DNA of 54,823 bases. It comes from Actinomycetes bacterium (GTDB lineage Bacteria > Actinomycetota > Actinomycetes > Mycobacteriales > Mycobacteriaceae). The notes beneath the pieces are model-generated. The model was not told where the DNA came from. It made no database searches and was given only the letters and a program-made list of their open reading frames with translations. Positions within the stretch are counted from its first letter, which is position 1. Each line of letters opens with the position of its first letter. The stretch covers positions 1 to 54,823 of the forward strand of contig JAEZDV010000011.1 in assembly GCA_023417985.1 (NCBI GenBank). The letters are read 5' to 3'. Below, piece after piece: positions 14,655 to 23,873 of the stretch. A program made the position numbers and the translations under genes.

Positions 14655-15488
14655 ATGACCGAATCCGGCACGACACTCGAGGTCGATCGCGACCTCAAAT
14701 CGAAGCACCGGGCCATGTGGGCGCTCGGCGACTATCCGGCCGTGGCGACGGAGCTGATCCCGTCGCTCGGCGAGACCCTGGTATCAGCATGCGGGGTCGG
14801 TGCCGACGACCGGGTGCTCGACGTCGCGGCAGGAGCAGGCAACGCCGCGATTCCCGCTGCGCTGACCGGTGCCGACGTGGTGGCGACCGACCTGACGCCC
14901 GAATTCTTCGACGCCGGCCGGCGCGACGCCGAGCGAGTCGGCGCCGCTGTGAGCTGGCAGGAAGCTGACGCCGAAGCCCTGCCATTCGACGATGCGAGTA
15001 CCGATGTGACCCTTTCGTGCGTCGGGGTGATGTTCGCGCCGCACCACCAGGCGGCGGCAGACGAACTCGTGCGTGTCACCCGGCCGGGAGGCCGGATCGG
15101 GTTACTCAGCTGGACACCGGGCGGATTCATCGGCCGGATGTTCGCGACCATGAAGCCCTACGCACCCGCTCCACCGCCCGGGGTGCAACCACCACCGCTG
15201 TGGGGAGACGAAACCCACGTGCGGACGTTGCTGGGAAACCGCGTCCAGGACGTACGGGTCCGCACGGAGTCGTTGCGCGTCGACCGGTTCACCACCGGCG
15301 AAGAGTTCCGCGACTTCTTCAAGGCGAACTACGGTCCGACCATCGCCGTCTACCGGGCGATCGCCGAAGACCCCGAGAAGGTCGACGCCCTCGATCGCGC
15401 TCTTGCCGATCTCGCACGGGAGCACGACGTGGGTGGCGGGACGATGAATTGGGAGTATCTGCTGTTCACCGCACGTCGCGCGGCGTGA
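14655..15488 (+). CDS. Class I SAM-dependent methyltransferase
   Basis: GGAGGAG RBS. VLDVAAGAG motif I, ADAEALPFDD, ELVRVTRPGG. Confidence 0.9.
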   Translation: MTESGTTLEVDRDLKSKHRAMWALGDYPAVATELIPSLGETLVSACGVGADDRVLDVAAGAGNAAIPAALTGADVVATDLTPEFFDAGRRDAERVGAAVSWQEADAEALPFDDASTDVTLSCVGVMFAPHHQAAADELVRVTRPGGRIGLLSWTPGGFIGRMFATMKPYAPAPPPGVQPPPLWGDETHVRTLLGNRVQDVRVRTESLRVDRFTTGEEFRDFFKANYGPTIAVYRAIAEDPEKVDALDRALADLAREHDVGGGTMNWEYLLFTARRAA

Positions 15489-15495
15489 ACGCGAT

Positions 15496-16305
15496 TCAGC
15501 CGCGCGTGGCGGCGTGCAGGGCGGCGTCGACAGCGCCGACCCGAGCGTTTCTCACAGCCGCCCACAACGGGCGCAGGGCGTCCTCACGAGCCGCGGTCGC
15601 AGTCGCCGATGCCGCGCGCAGACCACGACCGCGACCGGCGACGGTGAGGATCGCGGCTACCTGATCGGCGGAGTCGAGGATTCGTACCGCCCGTCGAGGA
15701 ATCGTCTCCGGGTAGCGGTGACGTGCCGACTCCGCGATCTCCGCCGCGATCTCCGCGCGCGGGTCGCTGCTCTGCCCGTCGTCGCCGACCGTGTGTATCG
15801 CGGCGAGCGTCGTGGCGGCCTCCCGCACTGCTTCCCGCATCGTGAACTCGGCCTCGCCGAGTCCGGGGAGTCCGGTGGGCTCGGGTATCACCGGTACCGC
15901 GAACACGGTCCAGCGGAGGACGTCGGGCCCCTCGCCGGTCGGGACGAGGCCGAGGCCCGGCGTTCCCGGCGCGCCGACGAGCACTCCCTCGCCGGCGGCT
16001 GTCGCCGCCGCGGAGAATTCGAGGCCGGCGGGCAGGCCGCGCACATCACCCGGAGACGGCAGCAGCAACCGGATGCCCGCACCCCCGGCGGGATCGGCGC
16101 GCCGGATCACCGCGAGCAGTCCGGCGGCGCCGTCCTCCGGATTCGGGCCGGTCAGCCCGGCGCGGTGCTGCGCCCCGGCTTCGGCGGCAACGACGAGGTG
16201 CATCGGCGCCCACTCGTACAGGGCATCGATGACCTCGTCGGGCGCCGCGTGGCCGGACAACCATGCGCCGGCCCACAGCGTCAGGCTCTGGCTCGGGGAA
16301 CTCAC
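15496..16305 (-). CDS. Conserved hypothetical protein (Rv1486c-like)
   Basis: GTG start inferred (SPSQSLTLWAGAWLSG). High GC3. Conserved position after ferrochelatase. Confidence 0.7.
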   Translation of the reverse strand: MSSPSQSLTLWAGAWLSGHAAPDEVIDALYEWAPMHLVVAAEAGAQHRAGLTGPNPEDGAAGLLAVIRRADPAGGAGIRLLLPSPGDVRGLPAGLEFSAAATAAGEGVLVGAPGTPGLGLVPTGEGPDVLRWTVFAVPVIPEPTGLPGLGEAEFTMREAVREAATTLAAIHTVGDDGQSSDPRAEIAAEIAESARHRYPETIPRRAVRILDSADQVAAILTVAGRGRGLRAASATATAAREDALRPLWAAVRNARVGAVDAALHAATRG

Positions 16306-16382
16306 GGAACGAGCATAGGACGCGGTACCGCCCGGCGTGGCGACGACCGCACGCCGCGGTCGTTGTCCTAACGTTGACCGGC

Positions 16383-17255
16383 GTGAGTCCACGCGATAGC
16401 TACGGCGACATCTTTGCCGGACACAACCGCAAGCAGAAGCGGGCAGTCCCGGAACTCGAGGCCGAGAAGGACCTCGTGGTCGAAGACGCAGCGTCGGGAT
16501 GGTGCGGCGCGATCGTCGGCATCGAACGCACCTACGACGGCGACTTCGTGCGCCTCGAGGACGGACAGCGCCGGACCCGACTGTTCGCGATGCGGCCTGC
16601 CGCGTTCCTGATCGACGGTGCGCCCGTGACCCTCGTCCGGCCCGAGGCGCGGCCGGCGGCGCAGACACCGGCCCGCTCGGCTTCCGGCTCGACGCGAGTC
16701 GAGGGACTGCGGGCGCGGGTCGCTCGCGGCAGCCGCATCTGGGTCGAGGGCGTGCACGACGCGGCTCTGGTCGAACAGGTGTGGGGTCACGATCTTCGTG
16801 TGGAAGGGGTCGTCGTCGAACAACTCGAGGGGCTCGACAACCTCGCGGAGCGCCTCGCCGAGTTCCGGCCCGGGCCGGGACGCCGGGTCGGTGTCCTAGC
16901 CGACCACCTCGTCACCGGGTCGAAGGAGGAGCGGCTCACCGCGAACCTCGGCCCGCATGTCATGGTCACCGGCCACCCGTACATCGACGTGTGGGAAGCG
17001 GTGCGGCCCAAGGCCGTCGGCATCGACGCCTGGCCGACGATTCCGCGTGGGCAGGACTGGAAGACCGGCGTCTGCCGCGAACTCGGCTGGGGAACCCCGC
17101 AGGAGGGCTGGCGCCGGGTCTACAACTCGGTGTCGTCGTTCCGGGATCTCGAAGCACCCCTGATCGGTGCCGTCGAACGACTCGTGGACTTCGTCACCGA
17201 ACCCGACGCCGGCCGCGCCGCAGACGCCGGACCCTCAGAGAGTCCGGGGCGGTGA
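16383..17255 (+). CDS. DUF3097 family protein
   Basis: RSASGS, SRIWVEGVHDAALVEQVWGHDLRVEGVVVE, GHPYIDVWEAV. Confidence 0.85.
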   Translation: MSPRDSYGDIFAGHNRKQKRAVPELEAEKDLVVEDAASGWCGAIVGIERTYDGDFVRLEDGQRRTRLFAMRPAAFLIDGAPVTLVRPEARPAAQTPARSASGSTRVEGLRARVARGSRIWVEGVHDAALVEQVWGHDLRVEGVVVEQLEGLDNLAERLAEFRPGPGRRVGVLADHLVTGSKEERLTANLGPHVMVTGHPYIDVWEAVRPKAVGIDAWPTIPRGQDWKTGVCRELGWGTPQEGWRRVYNSVSSFRDLEAPLIGAVERLVDFVTEPDAGRAADAGPSESPGR

Positions 17256-17532
17256 ACAGGTCGACGGTGTCCCGTCTGTGGCCTCGAACCACACCGGCCG
17301 GGGCTGTGCCGGCGCCGGTCCCGCCGCCACGGTGACGAAATCCGTCCAGGAGACGCCGGAGGAACTGGTGAGGGGAGGGTGGGGCAGGGTGCCCCGAGCC
17401 AGTCGCGTTCCGTCGTCACGGACGGTTCGCCGCCGTGCCGAGCATTGCGCCCGCCTCGGTGGGTGTGGTCGGGAGAACCGCTCCGCACGCCTGTGACCTG
17501 CGTCTCTGCCGCGATGTCCGAATTATGGTTCG

Positions 17533-17973
17533 ATGGTTCCTGTGGTGGCACTGATATGGCTGATTGCCGGCGCAGCTCTGGCGGCGGCGGAAGCACTCAC
17601 CGGAGACTTCGTGTTGCTGATGCTCGGCGGCGCTGCCTTGGGCACAGCCGGGGTGTCCGCTGCGACCGACGTGCCGGTGTGGATCGACGCCGGGGTGTTC
17701 GCGGTGTTCTCGCTCGTGCTCCTGCTCGGCGTTCGGCCCATCCTGCGGCGCAGATACTCCGTTCCACCTGCGCTGACGACGGGTGTCGAGGCGTTGCCCG
17801 GCAAGCACGCCCTGGTGCTCGAGGAGGTCGGTGAGCACGCGGGTCGCGTGAAGATCGACGGGGACGTATGGACGGCGCGGCCGCTCGACGTCACCGAAGT
17901 GTACGAACCCGGAACAACCGTGACTGTGATGCAGATCGACGGCGCGACAGCCGTCGTATGGAGGGGTGTCTGA
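17533..17973 (+). CDS. NfeD-like membrane protein
   Basis: Hydrophobic N-terminus, C-terminal OB-like GRVKIDGDVWTAR. Paired with SPFH gene. Confidence 0.9.
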   Translation: MVPVVALIWLIAGAALAAAEALTGDFVLLMLGGAALGTAGVSAATDVPVWIDAGVFAVFSLVLLLGVRPILRRRYSVPPALTTGVEALPGKHALVLEEVGEHAGRVKIDGDVWTARPLDVTEVYEPGTTVTVMQIDGATAVVWRGV

Positions 17974-17976
17974 CCT

Positions 17977-19209
17977 ATGGAAGCGTTGATCGTGCTCGCC
18001 GTCGTGGTGGTGCTGGTCGTGATCGTGGTGGTGAAGTCGGTGGCCCTGGTGCCGCAGGCGGAAGCCGCCGTCATCGAACGGCTGGGCCGCTACTTCCGCA
18101 CCGCGTCGGGGCAACTCACGTTCCTGGTGCCGTTCGTCGACCGCATCCGCGCGAAAGTCGACCTGCGCGAACGGGTGGTGTCGTTCCCACCGCAGCCGGT
18201 GATCACCAAGGACAACCTCACGCTGAGTATCGACACGGTGGTCTACTTCCAGGTCACCAACCCGCAGGCTGCGGTGTACGAGATCAGCAACTACATCGCC
18301 GCCGTCGAGCAGCTCACGGTCACGACACTGCGCAACGTGGTCGGCGGGATGACCCTCGAAGAGACCCTGACCTCCCGGGACTCGATCAACGGGCAGCTTC
18401 GCGGCGTCCTCGACGAGGCGACCGGCCGCTGGGGCCTGCGGGTCGCACGCGTCGAGCTCAAGAGCATCGATCCGCCGCCGTCGATCCAGGAGTCGATGGA
18501 AAAGCAGATGAAGGCCGACCGGGAGAAGCGCGCGACGATTCTCACGGCCGAGGGCCACCGCGAAGCCGCGATCAAGACGGCCGAGGGTGACAAGCAGGCC
18601 CGCATCCTCTCGGCAGAGGGATCGAAGCAGGCCGCGATTCTCGAGGCGGAGGCCGAGAGGCAGTCTCGGATTCTGCGAGCTCAGGGCGACCGCGCAGCGC
18701 AGTACCTCGAGGCGCAGGGCGAGGCGAAGGCCATCGAGAAGGTCTTCGCGGCGATCAAGGCCGGCAAGCCCACACCCGAGATGCTCGCCTACCAGTACCT
18801 GCAGACGCTTCCGCAGATGGCCAAGGGCGACGCGAACAAGGTGTGGCTCGTACCCAGCGACTTCGGCGACGCCCTCAAGGGGTTCGCGGGAGCGCTCGGC
18901 GCCAAGGGTGAAGACGGAGTGTTCCGGTTCGAACCGAGCGCGGTCGACGAAGATCTTCAGCGCCCCGAGGACGACTCGGCTGAGGTCAGTGACTGGTTCG
19001 ACATGAAGACCGACCCGGTGGTGGCGAAAGCGGTCGCCGAGGCCGAGGCCGTCGCGCGCAAGCCCGTCGACCCCGCGGTCCCGGCCGCAGCCGGAGAACG
19101 TCCGTCGAACGCCGGCGGATCGTCGGCCCTGCCGGCACCCGAGCCCGCACAAGAGGGGCTCGCCCCGTCGCTCGAAAAGGTAGTCGGCGAAGAGGTTCCG
19201 AAGCAGTAG
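17977..19209 (+). CDS. SPFH/band 7 (stomatin-like) protein
   Basis: N-terminal TM, VIERLGRY, QPVITKDN, TTLRNVVGGMTLEETL, AEREKRA-like coiled-coil repeats. Confidence 0.95.
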   Translation: MEALIVLAVVVVLVVIVVVKSVALVPQAEAAVIERLGRYFRTASGQLTFLVPFVDRIRAKVDLRERVVSFPPQPVITKDNLTLSIDTVVYFQVTNPQAAVYEISNYIAAVEQLTVTTLRNVVGGMTLEETLTSRDSINGQLRGVLDEATGRWGLRVARVELKSIDPPPSIQESMEKQMKADREKRATILTAEGHREAAIKTAEGDKQARILSAEGSKQAAILEAEAERQSRILRAQGDRAAQYLEAQGEAKAIEKVFAAIKAGKPTPEMLAYQYLQTLPQMAKGDANKVWLVPSDFGDALKGFAGALGAKGEDGVFRFEPSAVDEDLQRPEDDSAEVSDWFDMKTDPVVAKAVAEAEAVARKPVDPAVPAAAGERPSNAGGSSALPAPEPAQEGLAPSLEKVVGEEVPKQ

Positions 19210-19225
19210 AGACGAACGGGCGCTG

Positions 19226-19741
19226 TCAGGTGAGGAGTGCCTTCCCGACTCCGCATGCGGCGCATGCCCACAGCACGCTGGTGGCGGTACCGATGATGAA
19301 CTGCTCGGATGCGTTCGGTTCGCGCAGTTCCGGGTACCGCGCCAGGCCCTTCACGGCCATGATGACGGCGATGCCTTCCGGCCATCCCGCGAGGATCGAC
19401 ACCGCGACGGCACCGCGCTCGAGCACCCCGATCACCCTGCCGCCGCGCAGCGGTCCGGGCGGGGGAGTCGGATCCGGACCCGCGTCCGGCTGACGACGGG
19501 CGATCCGGAAGGCGACGAGCACTGCCGGTCCGCCACCGGTGACGGCGGCCAGAGTGCTGAGGACGAGGGTCGCGGCCAACCCCACTCCCTGGACCGGTGC
19601 GGTCGCGGATGCAGCCAGCGCAGCACCGCCGAGTGCCGTGGTCGTCACCGCCGTGCCGACCCAGACTGGGAGTGCGGGGCGGAGCGACAGCGAGGGTGCA
19701 ACGACGGCGATGGCGAGGCACACCAGCGCGATAGCGGTCAT
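19226..19741 (-). CDS. Multi-pass membrane protein of unknown function
   Basis: Several hydrophobic helices, LRGGRVIGVLER...KGLARYPEL...EQFIIGT. ATGA overlap with the upstream gene. Confidence 0.8.
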   Translation of the reverse strand: MTAIALVCLAIAVVAPSLSLRPALPVWVGTAVTTTALGGAALAASATAPVQGVGLAATLVLSTLAAVTGGGPAVLVAFRIARRQPDAGPDPTPPPGPLRGGRVIGVLERGAVAVSILAGWPEGIAVIMAVKGLARYPELREPNASEQFIIGTATSVLWACAACGVGKALLT

Positions 19742-20319
19742 CGATCAGCCTTTTCCAGTAGTCGCTGCACGAGGGCGATTCCCGCGATTTCGGCGCGCCA
19801 TCCGGCCGCCGCCAGGCGTTGGGACACCGCCTGCTTGGTGATGCCGAGTTCGTCCGCGATCTGTGCCTGTGTCGCACCGGAGCGCGCGAGCGCCACAGCG
19901 TCGTGTCCCTGGGGCGAGCGCCGCAGGACGACGGTGGCGAGCAGGGTCAACGCGGCGTCGGCATCCGCCGCCGCCGCCGCATCGACTCCGTCGACGGCGA
20001 TCTGTCCGACGGCATTTTTGGCGCGTTCGACTGCGCGGCGAGCGAATTCGAATGCCGGCCCACGTCCGGCGCGGGTCTGTTTCGGCAGGGGCGTTTCGAC
20101 GGGTCCGATGCCGACGCCGATGCTCCAGCGCTCTCGGCGGAGCAACTCCAGAACGAGATCGACGACGACAACGGCATCGTCGGCGACGGCCTGGACTTCG
20201 TCACCGGCAGTTCGGTCGAACGGGCGGAGCAGGCGCGGGTCGCGCAGATCGGTGAGGAGTTCCGACACCCGGTCGACGTCCCGGCGACTGCCTCGTTGGT
20301 CGACCGTCAAGACGAACAT
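19738..20319 (-). CDS. SatD-like protein (nucleotide-cyclase-like palm domain plus C-terminal HTH)
   Basis: VLTVDQRGS, TAGDEVQ, WSIGVGIGPV, GPAFEFAR. C-terminal TQAQIADELGITKQAVSQRL HTH. Confidence 0.7.
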   Translation of the reverse strand: MFVLTVDQRGSRRDVDRVSELLTDLRDPRLLRPFDRTAGDEVQAVADDAVVVVDLVLELLRRERWSIGVGIGPVETPLPKQTRAGRGPAFEFARRAVERAKNAVGQIAVDGVDAAAAADADAALTLLATVVLRRSPQGHDAVALARSGATQAQIADELGITKQAVSQRLAAAGWRAEIAGIALVQRLLEKADR

Positions 20320-20355
20320 CGGTCAAGTTTGAGTCCTTGATTCTTGGAAGTCAAG
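20306..20355 (-). promoter_or_regulatory. Leaderless promoter with TCAAG/CTTGA repeats
   Basis: Minus strand TTGACT (20354-20349), 17 bp, CAAACT (20331-20326), 6 nt, ATG (20319). TCAAG at 20307, 20323 and 20351, CTTGA at 20336 on plus. Confidence 0.55.
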
Positions 20356-20782
20356 CCTCAGGGATTGTTCCGAAGTCGTCGCGAGGCATTCCGAAGTACT
20401 CCTCGTCGGTGACAGGCTCGAGCCAATGGACCGTATCGTGCTCGTCGTCCGTTTCGTTGATGGCGAGGTGAGTCATCAGCCGCGTCGGTGCTGCCCCGTG
20501 CCAGTGTTCCTCGTCCGCCTCGAACAGCACACGATCGCCAGGCTTGATCTCTTCGACGGGTCCACCTCGGCGCTGGCACAACCCGATTCCCTCCGTGACG
20601 AAGATCGTCTGGCCGAGGGGGTGCCGGTGCCAGTGTGTGCGGGCACCGGGCATGAAGTGCACGAGACCCGCCGACACCCGGGAGGGTGGCGGTGAAGCGG
20701 CAACCGGATCGATGTAGACGTCTCCGGTGAACCAGTCCTCCGGCCCCGTGCCGGTATCGAGCGTGTTGCGAACGATCAGCAT
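20351..20782 (-). CDS. Cupin domain protein
   Basis: WFTGDVY, FMPGARTHWHRHPLGQ, EEHWHGAAP...MTHLAI cupin metal motifs. Confidence 0.9.
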   Translation of the reverse strand: MLIVRNTLDTGTGPEDWFTGDVYIDPVAASPPPSRVSAGLVHFMPGARTHWHRHPLGQTIFVTEGIGLCQRRGGPVEEIKPGDRVLFEADEEHWHGAAPTRLMTHLAINETDDEHDTVHWLEPVTDEEYFGMPRDDFGTIPEA

Positions 20783-21098
20783 GCTTGCCCCTCAGTCGGC
20801 CGATTCGGCGTGCCGGACGGGACGTCATCGCACCCTGGCGGGCGCCTTGTCCAGCAGCTCACCTGGTGTCCATCAGATCAGTCGGAATTCGCCGGGGAGC
20901 ACATTTCCGGAACGCAAGTGCTCGTACTGTGACCTTCGGGTGAGCATTTCGGTGTCGATCGGCGGCCGGAAGGTGCACGCTGAGAGAGCACAGCACCCGG
21001 GCGGGGTGCACATCGCGTGATCGCTCACGCCGCACCTCGGCGCCTGCGAACCCGGTGCCGAGGTTGCGCTCGGGCGGTTTGCCGACCAAGGAGACAGC

Positions 21099-22118
21099 AT
21101 GCGCGGAGTCGTTCTCGAGCGACCAGGTGAGGTCCGGATCGCGGATCGTCCCGACCCGGTGATCGTCGAACCGACCGACGCGGTCATCCGGTTGGCCGCC
21201 TCCTGCATCTGCGGCTCGGATCTGTGGCCCTACCGCGGTGCCGACCCGGCAGAGCACATGCCGATGGGTCACGAATACGTCGGGACGGTCACCGAGATCG
21301 GCGACGCGGTATCGAACATCGCGGTTGGGGACTTCGTCGTGGGTTCGTTCTTCGCATCCGACAACACCTGCGAGATCTGCCGCGCCGGATACCAGTCCCG
21401 GTGTGTTCACGCGGTACCGATGGGCGCCATCGGGACACAGGCCGAGTACGCACGGGTCCCGTTGGCCGACGGCACGCTGGTCGGCACACCGGGCACACCC
21501 GACTCGGACCTTCTTCCCTCGCTGCTCGCGGCGTCGGACGTGCTCGGAACAGGTTGGTTCGCCGCCGTGGCTGCGGAAGCCGGACCGGGTAAGACGGTCG
21601 CGGTCGTCGGGGACGGTGCGGTCGGCTTGCTGGGGGTCCTGGCAGCGAAACAGCTGGGCGCGGAGCGGATCATCGCCATGAGCCGCCACGCTGATCGCCA
21701 AGCGTTGGCGCGCAGGTTCGGAGCCACCGACATCGTCGAGGAACGTGGAGACGAAGGGGTAGAGCAGATCAAGGACCTCACTTCAGGTCTGGGAGCGCAC
21801 TCCGTGATCGAGGCCGTCGGGACGCAGCAGTCGATGATGCAGGCGATTCGGTCCACCCGCCCGGGCGGACACGTCGGTTATGTCGGTGTCGCCCATGACG
21901 TCTCGCTGCCCGGTGGAGAACTGTTCTTCGCCGAGGTGCATCTGCACGGCGGGCCTGCTCCGGTGCGACGCTTCCTGCCGCAGTTGATCGAGCTGATCTG
22001 GAACCGCGCTATCGACCCGGGAGCCGTGTTCGACCTCACCTTGCCTCTGGAGGAGGCGGCCGAGGGGTACCGCGCGATGGACGAACGTCGAGCGATCAAG
22101 GTGATGCTCACCCTCTGA
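21099..22118 (+). CDS. Zinc-dependent alcohol dehydrogenase (MDR family)
   Basis: CICGSDLW, GHEYVG, GDGAVG Rossmann motif. AAGGAG RBS. Confidence 0.92.
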   Translation: MRGVVLERPGEVRIADRPDPVIVEPTDAVIRLAASCICGSDLWPYRGADPAEHMPMGHEYVGTVTEIGDAVSNIAVGDFVVGSFFASDNTCEICRAGYQSRCVHAVPMGAIGTQAEYARVPLADGTLVGTPGTPDSDLLPSLLAASDVLGTGWFAAVAAEAGPGKTVAVVGDGAVGLLGVLAAKQLGAERIIAMSRHADRQALARRFGATDIVEERGDEGVEQIKDLTSGLGAHSVIEAVGTQQSMMQAIRSTRPGGHVGYVGVAHDVSLPGGELFFAEVHLHGGPAPVRRFLPQLIELIWNRAIDPGAVFDLTLPLEEAAEGYRAMDERRAIKVMLTL

Positions 22119-22197
22119 GTTCTGCCGATGAACGGGGCGCTGTCCGAATCCGGGGACGACGAACTCCGCAGCCACAGGAAGGAAGTCTCCGAGGACG

Positions 22198-23847
22198 ATG
22201 GAAAACACTGATCCTGAAGTCGACGACGTAGGCCGCCGGAAGTGGATAGGACTCGGCGTCCTGGCCCTCGGACTGTCGTTGATCGTCATCGACGGGACAA
22301 TCGTCAATGTCTCCCTGCCGGTCATCATCGAGGACCTGAACCTGGATCTGACCGACGCGCAGTGGATCAACAGCATCTATTCGGTGGTATTCGCGGCATT
22401 GCTGCTCACGACGGGAAGCCTCGGCGACCGAGTGGGCCGCCGGTTGCTGTTCATCATCGGGGTTCTCGTATTCATCGCCGGTAGCCTCGCCGCAGCGTCG
22501 TCGGACACCTCGACGACGTTGATCACCGCACGCGTCGTGCAGGGTATCGGTGGCGCGCTCGTGCTGCCGTGCACGCTCTCGACGGTCAACGCCACTTTCC
22601 GCGGACGTGACCGGGCGATCGCGTTCGGGGTGTGGGGCGCGGTGATCTCCGGTATGGCAGCTGTGGGCCCGCTGCTCGGAGGGTGGCTGACGACATCCTT
22701 CACCTGGCCGTGGATCTTCCTCGTCAATATTCCGGTCGGCATCATCGTCATCATCGGTGCCCTGCTGTTCGTTCCCGAGACACGGTCGAAGGCCGAGGTG
22801 CCCGGTCTCGATTACCTGGGACCCGTCCTGAGCGCAATCGGGTTCGGCTCGTTGGTGTTCGCCCTCATCGAGGGACAGAAGATCGGCTGGTGGAAGCCCA
22901 TCTCGGACCTGAGAATCCCGGGGCTCACGTGGTCCGAGTCCGCTCCGATCTCGGCGACCCCGGTGGTCGCTGCTATCAGCATCGTCGTTCTCGTGGCGTT
23001 CGTGCTGTGGGAGCGGTACCGCGCGAACCTGCGGCGCTCCGCGATCCTCGACCTGAGCCTGTTCCGGATCCGAACGTTCAGCTGGGGCAATATCACCGCG
23101 CTGACCGTTGCGATCGGGGAGTTCGGCATGCTTCTCGTACTGCCGCTGTTCCTTGTGAACGCGTACGGCCTCAGTACGCTTGGCAGCGGTTACGTGCTGT
23201 CGGTGATGGCGCTGGGCGCGTTCGCTTCGGGCGCTGCGGCCCGCTTCGTCACCGCGAAGCTCGGGGCACCGCGGACCGTCGTCTTCGGTTTGTGCCTCGA
23301 AGTGATCGGGGTGCTCGCCTTTGCGCTGTACCTCCGCCCGTCTGCGAACGTGGTCGTGCTGGCCCTTCTGCTTGCGATCTACGGCATGGGGTTGGGACTG
23401 GCGTCGGCGCAGCTCACCGGCACCGTGTTGGTCGACATCCCGACGTCGGAGTCGGGGGAGGGGTCCGCCATCCAGAGCACGTCCCGGCAGCTCGGCGCAG
23501 CCCTGGGCACCGCCATCCTCGGGACCGTGCTCTCGCTGGGGTTGGCGCACAGTCTCACAGACCGCCTCGATTCGGGACCGCTACCGCCACAGGTGCAGTC
23601 CCAGCTGGTGGACGCTACCCGTGACTCCGCCGGCAGTACCATTCCGACCATCCGCGATCAGGGCGACACCGGCCGACTGGGTCCGGCCGGTCCCGAGACT
23701 GCGGACGAGTTGTCCGACGGTTTCGCGGACGCCACCAGGTGGTCGCTGTTCGCCGCTGCCGGATTCCTCGTGATCGGCCTGGCGGGTGCCACCCGCCTGC
23801 AACCGCGACGGCAGGTGGGAAACCCGGTCCCCGACAAGACCGGATAG
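22198..23847 (+). CDS. MFS drug:H+ antiporter (DHA2, EmrB/QacA-like)
   Basis: DGTIVNVSLP, GSLGDRVGRR motif A, ARVVQGIGG, WPWIFLVNIPVG. About 14 TM segments. Confidence 0.93.
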   Translation: MENTDPEVDDVGRRKWIGLGVLALGLSLIVIDGTIVNVSLPVIIEDLNLDLTDAQWINSIYSVVFAALLLTTGSLGDRVGRRLLFIIGVLVFIAGSLAAASSDTSTTLITARVVQGIGGALVLPCTLSTVNATFRGRDRAIAFGVWGAVISGMAAVGPLLGGWLTTSFTWPWIFLVNIPVGIIVIIGALLFVPETRSKAEVPGLDYLGPVLSAIGFGSLVFALIEGQKIGWWKPISDLRIPGLTWSESAPISATPVVAAISIVVLVAFVLWERYRANLRRSAILDLSLFRIRTFSWGNITALTVAIGEFGMLLVLPLFLVNAYGLSTLGSGYVLSVMALGAFASGAAARFVTAKLGAPRTVVFGLCLEVIGVLAFALYLRPSANVVVLALLLAIYGMGLGLASAQLTGTVLVDIPTSESGEGSAIQSTSRQLGAALGTAILGTVLSLGLAHSLTDRLDSGPLPPQVQSQLVDATRDSAGSTIPTIRDQGDTGRLGPAGPETADELSDGFADATRWSLFAAAGFLVIGLAGATRLQPRRQVGNPVPDKTG

Positions 23848-23873
23848 GAGCCGGATCTCGCCGTTGCAGCGGG

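Noticed and set aside
20783..21098. Short ORFs between the cupin and ADH genes
   Set aside because: No RBS, motif or convincing codon bias. Treated as a divergent promoter region.
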